Program-made: the position numbers and the translations under genes
Shown here: positions 47,662-59,380 of the stretch, piece after piece
Position numbering within the stretch: position 1 is the stretch's first letter
Layout of the letters: each line of letters begins with the position of its first letter
Notes under the pieces: generated by a model
What the model was told of the DNA's origin: nothing
The model's database searches: none
Seen by the model: the letters and a program-made list of their open reading frames with translations, nothing else
Assembly: GCF_041146345.1 (NCBI RefSeq)
Contig: NW_027191404.1
Span: 1,054,001-1,118,000 of the forward strand
Direction: 5' to 3'
DNA length: 64,000 nt
Source of the DNA: Neodothiora populina
Taxonomy: Eukaryota

Positions 47662-48636
47662 TCACTGATGCTTCTTCTGATCATCCTCTTGGCCCTTCAT
47701 GACCCAATTGGAGTGGTGTTTCTCGTACTCCTGCTCAGCCTCCTTTGACTTCATCGCTGCTTTCATCTCAAACTTCTCAGGAATGTTACATCCCTTGGTC
47801 GTCGCCTCTCTTGCATTGATAGCGGCTAACCACTTCTTGACCTCTGGGAAAGGATCAAGAGTGACCCCGGCCCACTCTGCCCAATTGACCCAAGAAAAGC
47901 AGGCCAGATCAGCGATACTATACTTGCCACCAACAATCCACAGACCTTGAGATTTTTTCTCTTGTTCAGCAAGTCTGTCATTCAACACCTGATAGAGACG
48001 CTTCGTCTCGGTCTGGTATCGATTGATAGCGTACTCGATCTTGGTAGGAGCGTAGCGGAAGAAATGGTTCGCTTGACCTTGCATAGGTCCAATACCGCTC
48101 TGCATCCAGGTGATCCATTCTACACACTCCCAGTATTCGTCCGTATCATAGGCGAAGCTGAAGTTGTGGGATTTGTCGTAGCGCTCGCAGAGGTATAGAA
48201 GGATAGCGCCGCCTTCGAAAATACGTTTGTCCTTTCCAGAGGTTTTGTCTACTATCGCTGGTATGCGGCCATTGGCTACGATATGGTTATGTCAACTCAG
48301 TCACGGCTCACACGGTACGACAATCATCTCTTAGATGGTCCTTCTTTATAAAAGGATGTAGAGGCGTGATTTTTAAAACGCTGATATTGTACACATGAGC
48401 CTCATCTACTTACGATTGATCTTGAGAAACCACTCCTCCTTCTGCACGTTCTTCGCAATGTCGATTTTGTGCACGTTATACTTCAAGCCCAATTCCTCAC
48501 AGAGGATATTGATTTTATGGCCGTTGGGTGTACCCGCAGTATAACTATATACCGAAGCTTAGTGAGGGAGCGAGCATTTAACAGTAATGGTTACAAATAT
48601 TCTTACGCACAGATCGATGTTCGTATTTAAAGCCAT
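47662..48636 (-). CDS. Glutathione S-transferase, Ure2p/Nu class
   Basis: MALNTNIDL|YTAGTPNGHK...WFLKIN|PNGRIPAIVD...FEGGAIL...GIGPMQGQANHF...YSIADLA. Two introns; the second is 48276-48413. Confidence 0.92.
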
Positions 48637-50307
48637 AGTGTCAACAGAACAAAATTCAAGTCTGTTACATTCGTATAAATGCCTAATGATCAAAGTAGAG
48701 AAGTTTCATGACAGACTAGGGTACCTTATGAGATGGAGTTTAGTATCATAGTGTTGACATAATGTCGACGTCATAAGCCAATACAATGGAGGGGACAACA
48801 CGGCAATAATGAGGTTCCTGCTGGTCGAATATACTGCATCTACGCTGCGAACATCCTAGCTCCACCTCGAAACATATTAATTCTGTAAGTCAAAGTGGTC
48901 CTCTAGAACGCGGGCAAAACATGAACCAGATCTAGAGGAATGTAGAAAGCAGGGCAAAGGGAATAGTAAATGCACCAACACATCCTACCTGCCTATAGAT
49001 GCCGAGGCAGATCAGGCAAGTACCTCATCAGTTGCTCTTGCAATCTTCAGTATCTACAACCTTGAATGCTTCGAGAATTGCGCTCTGCCATGCAAATACG
49101 AAGCGATCAGATTCGCATGCGAGGCCGTACAAATGCGCGAGTAAATCGTTATTCTTGCTCAGTAGTAATTCAAACTGCGTTACAAGCGGTAGATGACTCG
49201 AGCGGCGAACCGCTTAACGGAATGCCCACACAATGTGTACGGCATATTCGATCGTTAGATATATGTACAACGACGAGAAGGGCTACGATTTCGTACTCCT
49301 ATTAGGGTAACCTACTGTAGGTACGGCATTCGCAGTACCTTAGTTCGCAACGAAGGACACGAGGTGATGTACAGTACATCCGAAAGAAAGCACGTGCGGA
49401 AACTGATCGTTGGAGCCATCATTTGAAACATCAAGCACGGCTATGAGCTCCTCTATCCCTCAACTCTCCTGTTGATGGTGTAAGAATGGCGAGTTATGAT
49501 GCCACCTTAACGTAAGGAAGATCACGATCGACATCGCAATTGCGCGAAAGAGCAAGACAAGATGTCGTGATGTCCGAGGCGTTTGCCTCACGTGCACGCG
49601 TCACAAGCGCGAGTCTAGCACGTAACATAACTCTTTCGGGAAATCTGTTGACAGGACTACGAGCCGTCCCCATCTCATTCCATCATTCGACTCCTCAAAC
49701 ATCTTTAGACTTTTGCCTGTTGTGTGTCGCCGCACTTGGACGCTTGTACCTGAGTCGCTCGCACGTTGTACTGTATCTAGATGAACCCCACGATCTAGGT
49801 AAGATCTCATTACCTTAATTTGGTCTCCGTAACGATCTCCCCAGATCGATCTCGTCATGGTGTCAACTCTAGTAGATTGACTACTCCCTAGAGCCGCAGA
49901 AGCACTGAGACTCTCCTGCCTGTTGGCCACTATTGATAGTTCAGGTCGAGGGACAGATCGGGGAGATCCGATCTAGTATCGCACGCTTGATGGATCTGAG
50001 CCCTGGTTATGAGGTAAATCTCTAGCCCAATGCAGGGAGGCTCTGCTGTATTTACTAGGGAAATAAGTCTCCTCTCCGGGTGTTGATCGATCGTGAAAGA
50101 TGGATCTGCATCGTCGGCTATAGTACTGTGATTCGTGTCTCGATGTTTCACCTACTCGATATACGATCGAGGGACAAACGGCAAGGCCTTCGAACGTCAT
50201 GAAGTGTCCAAAGCAGTCTTTGCAAGCATCACAATGCATGCCTGTGCTTGAGCGGTGATGTGAATGTGTTGTGAAGTCCGTCAAGGTATAGACTAGGCTG
50301 TCTGTGA

Positions 50308-50315
50308 TATATAAA
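50308..50315 (+). promoter_or_regulatory. Putative TATA box of con-6
   Basis: ATATATAA about 120 nt upstream of the ATG, followed by a C/A-rich leader. Confidence 0.55.
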
Positions 50316-50432
50316 CCAAGTCCCTAACCACTTTCTCTGTTCTAACTCATCAACAACAAGCAACTCAATCAGCCTTTGCGACCACATAACACCTTTTCAA
50401 CTACACCAACATCTCTCCAAACCACCATAAAT

Positions 50433-50802
50433 ATGTCCAACACTGGAAACGTCGTCGGAGGCCACAAGGCCAACATCAATAACCCCAGTATGTGGCACTT
50501 TTACGCATCTCAAAAATCTTCCACTGACTGTTTCTAGACACCTCTGAGGAGTCCAAGGAGCACTCTAGACAGGTCCTTGACCAGGAGTACGACGGTGGTG
50601 ACATCCAAACCAGCAGCAACAGCGACGAGGGCAAGAACCCCAACAACGTGTAAGTTGTCATTTTACTTTTTCTGATACTTTCAATGTGAAGGGAAGAATA
50701 CTGACAATTCAAAGTGCTGGTGGTCTCAAGGCTACCCTCAAGAACCCCAATGTCAGCGACGAGGCCAAGCAGTCCGCTCAGGAGCGTCTCGACAACCAGT
50801 AA
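50433..50802 (+). CDS. con-6: Conidiation-specific protein Con-6 (absent from the ORF track)
   Basis: Exons 50433-50487, 50538-50649 and 50715-50802 give MSNTGNVVGGHKANINNPNTSEESKEHSRQVL...KNPNNVAGGLKATLKNPNVSDEAKQSAQERLDNQ*, i.e. two Con-6 repeats. Confidence 0.93.
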
Positions 50803-51134
50803 ACTGGTCGCTTATCCCTAATCGACTCGAGATGTCATATCGAAATGACTTCATGAATAATTCAATGTTGCCAAGATTTTGTAACATTTATTATGTATTC
50901 TATACCTCGAATTATTTTTATTATTCAATGAATTTCATTATTCCTCATCAGTATTCTCTATTCCATTGCTATGTGAATGTAGTGATGTTAAAACAATTTC
51001 GGACCAGCGAAGATGTGCATAATTCAGCACGCTGCGCACAATGGATCGAACCTTTATGCACAAGTTTTAATAGCATTGATCGGGTTTTGTAGGACGAGAT
51101 TGCTCTAGTTCTCGAGCATCGTGAGCTTTCTCAC

Positions 51135-52330
51135 TCAAGTCGTGGCCATACCAGTCCAATCTGATATTTGTCAGTGGGTGCAAGGTGAATCAATTCAGAC
51201 TCAACGTGGGTAACATACCAAACACCGTTTGCTCATTATTGCGCTTCGTGATGACTACCTCATCTCCAACAGCAACCTTGACACCCTCGCTTGTGGCATC
51301 AGCAAAAGAATAACGGCCAAATACAGGGCTATACTTCATGCCCTTGTCGATTCTACGATCCTTTTGCAGCATCTTCAATATTTTTCCTGATTCGCCTGTT
51401 CCGGGCTTTCCGGTCGCGTAGTCTGCAGTGTTTGTCAGTCATGGTCACACATCGACATTGTTGCAGCATGTGTCAAGTACCAATGTTGATGCTTTGGCAT
51501 CGTGCGCAATTGTGCTTGCAATGAATCTTGGCTTTGGACTCTCCTATTTGCATCTCCGCCCACATGTCTTCCTCCCAAGGCTTCTCAGCCCCTGAGACGA
51601 TGATGTTAGGCCGAAACTTGGTGATGTCCATTTCCTCGCCCTGTGGAAGACGATTGCTGACGTCGTCCATGCTTTTCTCGCTGACAATCAAATACGGCGC
51701 GCAGTCGGCGAAAGTGATCTTTTCTTCTGTAGCGCCCACTAGACCTGAAATAGAGGTAGGAAGCTTCGAGGTAATCGAAGACAGCCACCCAGAGCTGCTG
51801 TTACCAACCTTCTGACCTCCGGGGTTATTGGGTGTTGACATCAAGATTGGACGAAGATTGGGACCCAAGTATGCCAGCACAACATCGTAGCCCAAACATC
51901 TTGACAACCAGTCATTGTACTTTGCGCCCATATCAAATGCCTTGGTTGGACTCTTGTGCATCTCCACATCGATTTGCTGGAGACTGGTGACATCTGGTTG
52001 TAGTGGTATATTCATGCTCTTCTCAGAGGCATTGGTGTTCATAGGCGGTCGATACGTGACAGTGATGGTAGACGAATCGTAGTCGATAGTTGGGAAGAAC
52101 AGTACCAGGTCTGGGTAGTGTGCTACGTGCATGTTCTTTAGGGAGCCATCAGGTTGACGATGTAGGATCATGAAGATGCGGTCATGCGGAAATCCATGTT
52201 TGGTTAATTCGGCTGAAGCTGGCTCATAAGCACGAAGGGACTTGATGGGATAGATGAAGATCTAGATAATGCTTTAGACATGAACCGTACTAGCAAGGAC
52301 ATTTGGCATGCATACTCTGGTGACCTTCAT
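51135..52330 (-). CDS. MOSC-domain protein (mARC-like)
   Basis: MKVTR|IFIYPIKSLR, HDRIFM, FADCAPYL, KFRPNIIVSG, EEDMW, CARCQSINID, SPVFGRY, VGDEV. Three introns. Confidence 0.9.
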
Positions 52331-54013
52331 CGTATGGTGGATAGGTGGTTGTAATTATATGTATGGCTGACTATGGGGCAAGGTGGTGGTGTGAATGTAT
52401 GGAAATAGAGGAAAGAAGCAGACCTGATATTGCCGCCTACAGAGTACAGAGATACTTGAACACAAAATACCGGAATTGTCAAGCAGTCTTGTAGATAAAG
52501 ACGTAAAGCGCATTGATTGACCTATCTTGGTGTCTGGTTCGCCGTTCCCTCGCGTTGGCGTTGCGGGGAAGGCGTGCCTCGAAATGGAAACCAAGGCCGA
52601 GCGGGTGACTCGAACGATTTATATCGACCGCTGCCTGCAAGTAAGATCTTACCTTACTGTGCTGTAGAAGCACAAAGGTCTTACAGACTTCCTAGAGTCT
52701 TCTCTCCCATAATAGCTCACCGTTGTCAAATGCACAAGTGGTTCCATCTGTAGTTCCAGCACTTGGGCTTTATACCTAGATACCTCGTCCAGTATCCGAC
52801 TCGAGCAAGATCAAACAAGACGAACGAGGCGGAAGCTATCCGCCCCGTAACCGGCAGTGCAGTCAGTGTCGATACCTACTCTACAACAAGGCGTAAGTAC
52901 GACAAAAAGTCCAGGCTGCTCGCGGCCCGTACGGGTTGCCCTCGGGAGAAGGAAGTTCAGGTATAGCTGCTTGGCATGTCAGTGCAATTGAGCTTCGCAC
53001 GCACAATGGCTGCTGTCAAGGTCGTCTGCAGCGACTTCTTGTTTACTGTGTGGCTCGGTCATGGAGGCGATGAGACTTGTTCCTGAGCCGCAAAGATCGT
53101 ACCTGTCCAGACTCTCAGATGATGGCAAGTCTGTGTACTCCGTATTTGTTTTTGGCCGGTGTGCGGGAGAGTGACAGGAGTACAGTGGAATACGGAGACT
53201 ATTATATTGCACTGCCACTCAGACGGACAGAAAGTGGGCTGAGCTTTGGCCACACCGTCATTGCATGTGGCCCTGCGCGCCAATCAGGTGCGATAACATG
53301 CATTTTTGCCGTGGGTCACAGTGGGTGGTTGTGATGACTGAAGACTACCAAATGTTTCGGATGGGCATTACGGACGACATGCGCCATGGCGAAGCGGAAG
53401 ACTTACAGGTTTTGCGATACTCGCTTGTCGCGAAGAGGAGCAGCGACAGCGCGCAAACTTGTTCCTTTTTCCAACTTATTTATCGACAAGGAAAGGCCAA
53501 ATTCTCTCCCAAATCTACCTACCTTGCCTTACCTTACCTACGAGCTTATTACCTTACTTGACCCTGTGATCACCAAGAAGTCGGCCTGAACGTTCTCAGA
53601 GCCAAGGTACAGCACTTTTACCTGCATGTATTTTTAGGTGCCTGACCCCACTCGCATCTACAAGTACCGTAAGGTACCTTACCTTTCCTTAGCTCAAGTC
53701 TGCATCATCGTCAGGCGGCGAAAACACTCGAATCCTCGTCGCATAAACACTGCACATCTGCCGTGGCTCGCGCCTCCGCAGCAACAACAAGACATAGCGC
53801 CAAGCAGACCCGTCGACGGTCGAAGGATCTAAACGAAGGCACCTAACTTCTTGCTGGTTTTACTTCCGTGCCGTACCTGCCGAGCGCCATCGGATTCGCA
53901 ACAAGTCAGAAACAGAGAGGGAAAGAGCGCTGCCTGGTTTGGTAGCATTCCACTTTACCGCGCAACTTGCGCGCAACCTCGACACCCATCACAGCCCCAC
54001 CTCATATTCAACC

Positions 54014-55995
54014 ATGGACTCGACAACCAACGGAGGAGGCCTTCGCAGAAAGGACACTACCAAAGGCCCCCCTCTCCGCATCCTCAGTCTCGATGGCGGA
54101 GGTGTCCGCGGATACAGCATGCTTATCATCTTGCAAGAGCTGATGCATCGTACATTTGTCGAGATAGAAGGTCGCGCTCCGAAACGACATGAAATCCCCA
54201 AACCCGCCGATCACTTTGACCTCATTGCCGGCACTGGTACCGGTGGCCTCATAGCTATCATGCTCGGAAGACTGCGTTTGGACATCGAAACATGCAAAGA
54301 CGTCTACGTGCGTATGACGAGGCGTGTATTCGAGACGGACAAGACCTTCGCCGGCATCCCTTATCGAAGCACTCTGTTCAAGGCGAGCAAGCTGGAAGAC
54401 GCCATCCGTGATTGTGTCCGTGAGCATACAGTCTACGAGGATGAGGGCAACGATGTCTTGGCCAACGCAACACCCATGACCCCGGGAGTAGGGAAGCCTT
54501 CGACTGCCATGGTCGTGGCGCGTCACACGAGCACTGCCAGCAACTACAGCAACATCGGCCTCAGTCCCGTCAACCCGCGCTCCTCCATAGGCACAGCCAG
54601 ATGGGGTAACCCGAACGCCAAATTATATGACACTCGGGAGAACCGTACCAAGACGTGAGTATAGCCCATGATTACCTGTCCAGCCGGAACAAAGTCTGCA
54701 GAGGCTGACTGTGAGCCAGCGCGGTGACGGCCGTCTACAAGGGCACGTCCACTCGCGGATCAAACGCCCCTGCCGCTCTCCTGCGATCCTACGACTCCCG
54801 TAAAGAACCCGCTCCTGAATTCGAGTGCGCCATCTGGCAAGCAGGACGAGCCACAGCAGCTACTGCCCTTGCCTTCAAGCCCATCCAGATCGGACAGTCC
54901 GTCTTCCTTGACGAAGGCGCTGGGAACTACAACCCCAGCCCGCAAATTCTGGATGAAGCAGTCATCAACGAATGGCCGGGAAGAGAGGTTGGTGTGTTCG
55001 TCAGCATCGGCACTGGAAAGCGACCGGGGGGCACCAATTCACAAAAGCATCTTTGGTGGGAGGACTTTGTTGGGCACAGTATGGGTGATTTCGCCGAGGC
55101 CAAGCGAAAGTTGATGAGCAAGATCGAGGGATGCGAAGAAACACACACCTACATGAAGCACAAACATCTCAACGATCGCAATGTGGATTCAAAGAACTAC
55201 TACCGCTTCAATGTGGAAGTCGGAGTCGGCGAGTTCGGAATGAATGAATGGGCACGTCTCTCGGACATCTCCACGTCAACGCGCATGTATCTGGCCAAGC
55301 AAGACGTCCAAGCCATGAACCTCGATGCGTCAGCAAAGATGGCCAAGATCCACTTCGCAAAGCGCCGTCACGAACGACACCTCTCGACATCGACACAATC
55401 ATCGCTACAAGCCAGCCCGAACACACTGCAGCCAAGCCGATACGACGCACCTCTCCCCGCCGTGCCTCCGCCATTGGACCCGACGATAATCGAGCTGCCT
55501 GCCGAGGATGTCATGCCCATGCAGCCTCGGCCCCTGAATGTCCAGCACCAGAGCAGTGTAGCAGACATGAAATACACCGTCACGTCATCCGAGGACTGGC
55601 CTCAACCTCTCTCACCGGCCTCTGCACATTCCCCTCAGACATATTACTCACAGCGGATGTCGACAGAGATGCCACGAGAGCCACGAGAGCCACGAGCGTC
55701 CAACACATCGATACATTCACGCTCATCTGGCGACCACCGCCCCAGCTCGAGCAGCGACTATCGTCCCATGTCATCGCACAGCAGAGCCAGCCCGCCAGCG
55801 AGTAGTCAACCCGCCAACGTAGCACCACCTCTGCCGCCTAAGACCCCTCTGCCGTATCCCGAGGACGGAGGCGACGACAGCATGCGCAGGTGGGAGATGA
55901 GTCCGTTGAGACAGAGTCTGCCCTACCCTGACATGGATGGTCCGCCTCCACCGGTCAATGTGTCACGGAAACCTGCCTTTGGCGTGAGCAGGTAA
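54014..55995 (+). CDS. Patatin-like (iPLA2-type) protein with a non-canonical active site and Pro-rich tail
   Basis: LRILSLDGGGVRG, FDLIAGTGTGGLIAIMLGRL, WQAGRATAA, FLDEG, VSIGTG, YYRFNV. Intron 54655-54719. Confidence 0.9.
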
Positions 55996-56737
55996 TGAAC
56001 AATATCTTCCGTATACGACCAAGGGAACGGGTAGTATCAAACACGCTTTTCAGTCGTGGGTCGATACATGGGACAAGGACGAAAGAAGATATCTCGGTGC
56101 GGGATCCCGACGACGAACGACATGACCCCCTGATGTAAAGCATCGCGCTTGCGGCGGCTCCAGGCTTTATGAGTACATATGCATGTTGTATGTGCATTGC
56201 GTGCGTGCAAGCACGACGCAAGACAGGGTGCCGGGTGGACTCGGCCTCTCGTGTTCTGCTCACTTACATTTCCTACTTCTCGGATGTAGTTTTGATTTCT
56301 TTGCTTGCTTTTTTTTGGTCGCGTTAACTTATGATATCCCACTGCGTGCCTTGTCACGCGAAAATCTGATATTTTGAAACCTGCTTCGATCTTTTTCGTG
56401 CCTTGGTCATGGACACGTCTGCATGTGCTCTCGCATTTGAACACTTTACCAAGCAGGCACATCTTGGGAGCAGTGCCCGAGCTTGTCACAATCGGCCCTG
56501 ATAAGGTAAATATGCCATGTTGCGGATACGCCCTCTTCGCAGATGCTCTATTGGTGCTCTATAATTTGACATCATGTTCGATTTCCTCTTACATTCATGT
56601 TTCTGATTCTACATACGTGGCTCAGGGCGTATCCACTGGCAATCCAGCGCGATACGTGTATTGTCCCTTCCCGAAGCTCTTTCCAGCTGCTAATTGCATC
56701 GCTGGGCTGAGCTACCTCTTGATACCTCTCAGCTTAC

Positions 56738-57717
56738 CTATTTACCGCCAAGCACCTTGTCGACGAGAGACACTGCGCTCGTTTAGCAATTGACACAATC
56801 GGAGATATTGTAGAAACAACAAGACTTACCACTCATGCCCGTGTTGTCAGGCTCGACGTGAGCCTCCTTGACCTTGCCGTCCTCGACAACGAGTGCGTAG
56901 CGCTTGCTACGGGGCTGGCCGAAGATGGCAGTGCCATCAAAGGCGAGATCCAGAGCGTTGGTGAACTCTGCCTTGGGGTCTGCGAGGAAGCGGATACCCG
57001 ATGCGGATGAAGGATCAAGACTCTGACCCCATGCTTTCATACTGTTGTTGAGCACATGTCAGAATCGAATGAGCAAGTATCTTCAGTGGGATTATGAGAC
57101 TGATATATGGGTCCACATGTCTATCGACAAGTTGCATAGGACAGAGGAATGCCAGCTGAGAAGAAAGTGAGATAAGTGACTTACACAAAGGGATCATTGA
57201 CGGAAACAACAAAGACATCTCCGGCCTGCTCTTTCAGACCCTTGAAGTTGATATAACCGGGTATGTGGGTTTCCGAACACGCCGGACCTGTGACACCCAG
57301 CATTAGTTGAAGTTGCACACGAGTAGTATACCACGATTATGTAGCCCTCAAACAGCTGTCAGAACTTCGGAGCATGTCGCATGTGCAACCGCAGCATAGA
57401 CATTTCAACGAAAGTGCCAAGGCCTTACGTGCCCTGTTGGAAAGGCCCAAAAACGATGCAAAGAGATAGTGGTTCACGCATGAAAAGAAATGGGTAATTA
57501 TCTTACTGAAAGCTGCAGGGACACCAATGATCAATGCCTTGCCCTTGAGCTCCTTTGCAACAGACACCTTGTTGCCAGGCGAGTTCTCCATTAGCTCGAC
57601 ATCTGGTATAGCATCGCCGACCTTGACAAATGCGGGAGCAGATGCATGGAACGAACGCAGAGGTTGGCCACGCAGGGCTGGAAGGGCTGAGGTAAAGGTT
57701 CGACGAGCAGCAAACAT
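56738..57717 (-). CDS. Prx5/Ahp1-type peroxiredoxin with mitochondrial presequence and a single Cys
   Basis: MFAARRTF...RSFHAS presequence; GVPAAF|SPACSETHIPGY, SVNDPFV|MKAW, RSKRYAL, EPDNTG..|SLVDKVLGGK*. Introns 57288-57506, 57042-57184 and about 56773-56829. Confidence 0.93.
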
Positions 57718-59380
57718 CTTTACTATGTTTTCTATAAGTTCTCAGGGTTCTGTATGGATCTCAAGACGTTGCGTTGCGCTCCTCAAGAATATTGTAGGTT
57801 GGTATCTAATCTATCCGGCTGGTGTCCTACTTTGAGCACCTGTGCGCTTGCCCTTAGCTCCTGCTTCTACACCTCTAGTGCTGTAAATCATTTGTCGTGA
57901 AAGGCAAGCCCGAAACCTTAGGTGGTCTTGGCATTTGCGGACGTGGCTCTTGAACTTCCTCGACTAAGGTAAGGTGACTTAGCCGTGGATGCTGTAAGGT
58001 GTCACACTCCTGCATGCAGGACAACGTCAAGAAGATACCGAGATACCTACCATACATAGGACAGTACCTTACTTTGGAATTCGAAAATGGTGCTGGTACC
58101 TAGCTAGGACTGGATTTTTTAAGCGGTGCGGACTGGAGCGCCCAGAGATCACCTATTCATGTTGCACTGCTGGTGAAAGCCATGCTATCTACCCTCTCTC
58201 CTGATCATGACATGGATCAGAGTCATCTTTTAAAGAACCGTTATATCCATTATTTCATATCGATCAATCATGCGAATCAGTCATCCCACACTTTGGCCCC
58301 AAGCTTCTATATGTGGAAAAGCCTCGAGAAGAGATGCGGGTACCGGCAGCCACAAACCCGACAACACGGCGCTATTATCCTAGGTACCCGCTAGGGCGAG
58401 CTTAATGGGTGCCAAAACTTCTCTGCGCTGCAATGAGGCACAAGGCGTGGATTACGTGCGGTATCATCACCCTGCCTCGCATCTCCTACAGGTCTGTGTG
58501 TACAGCACTTACAGTACCTTACCTAGTCAGTGACGGCTCGGGGTAACGCTACGAGGGTCTATCTGCTGCTTGGTTATCTCACACCCCTACGAACGGGCAG
58601 GGGCATGTACAGAATACCATACCTGACGACTCGAACCGTCGAGATGTAAACATCTTGCTTGGCTCCAACAAGATTTGCATTTCGCGAACGCTTTTGTGAG
58701 AAAGCTATACGAGCATGAGCAAAGCGACGATTGCGAGGGGCAGGCCACTCCACCAATGCATTTATACACAGCTTTATTAGGTCATCAGCCCAGCAAGCAC
58801 CTTACAGTACCTTAGGCAATGCTGAATGTCGATCCGCCTGCTACGCCATCGGCACATTGGCTCGCCAGTCAATCGAGCCAAGCTCTGACGCCTCTTTCCT
58901 TTTTCCATGTTCACCCACCCTAATTGATTCCCCCAGGGTAAACTAAGTTTAACGCTTCCTCGGTCTCCAACACCTGCGCGCCAGGCCCTATCTTCGCTTC
59001 CCATTTCCTTTCCTTCCTATAACCCTGTTCAAACGTGACAATTCTGCCGGCTCGCTGTATAATTCCCCTCCGACTTCGTATACCACGACTGATGATTCGG
59101 ACGGCGTCATCCTGCTGAATAGCCCGCGTTCGCCTCCGATCGCCTCTGTCGGAACAGGCTTATCCATTGTCTATTTCTCTCCATCCGACACGCTTCGAGT
59201 CCACAAGTCTCTGTCCAGCGCTGCGTGATTGCGGCTATGACATAGTATTCGAACACCTCTGGCCATTTCTTCCATCAGCATTAGTCCACTGTGCGCGCGA
59301 TATCCTCGAGTCCATCCTGAACCTGACCTTTTGTCGCCGCATCTACACCTATACAAACACATACATATCAATCAGTCACG

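Noticed and set aside
49601..50284. Chain of short minus-strand ORFs upstream of con-6 (possible pseudogene)
   Set aside because: No recognisable domain or convincing splice pattern; the region is better explained as promoter.
9345..52330. Detoxification or secondary-metabolite cluster (2OG oxygenase, NAT, DAPAL-like, tyrosinase, Tda3-like, GST, MOSC)
   Set aside because: The genes are interspersed with housekeeping genes, and there is no PKS, NRPS, terpene synthase, cluster-specific TF or efflux pump.
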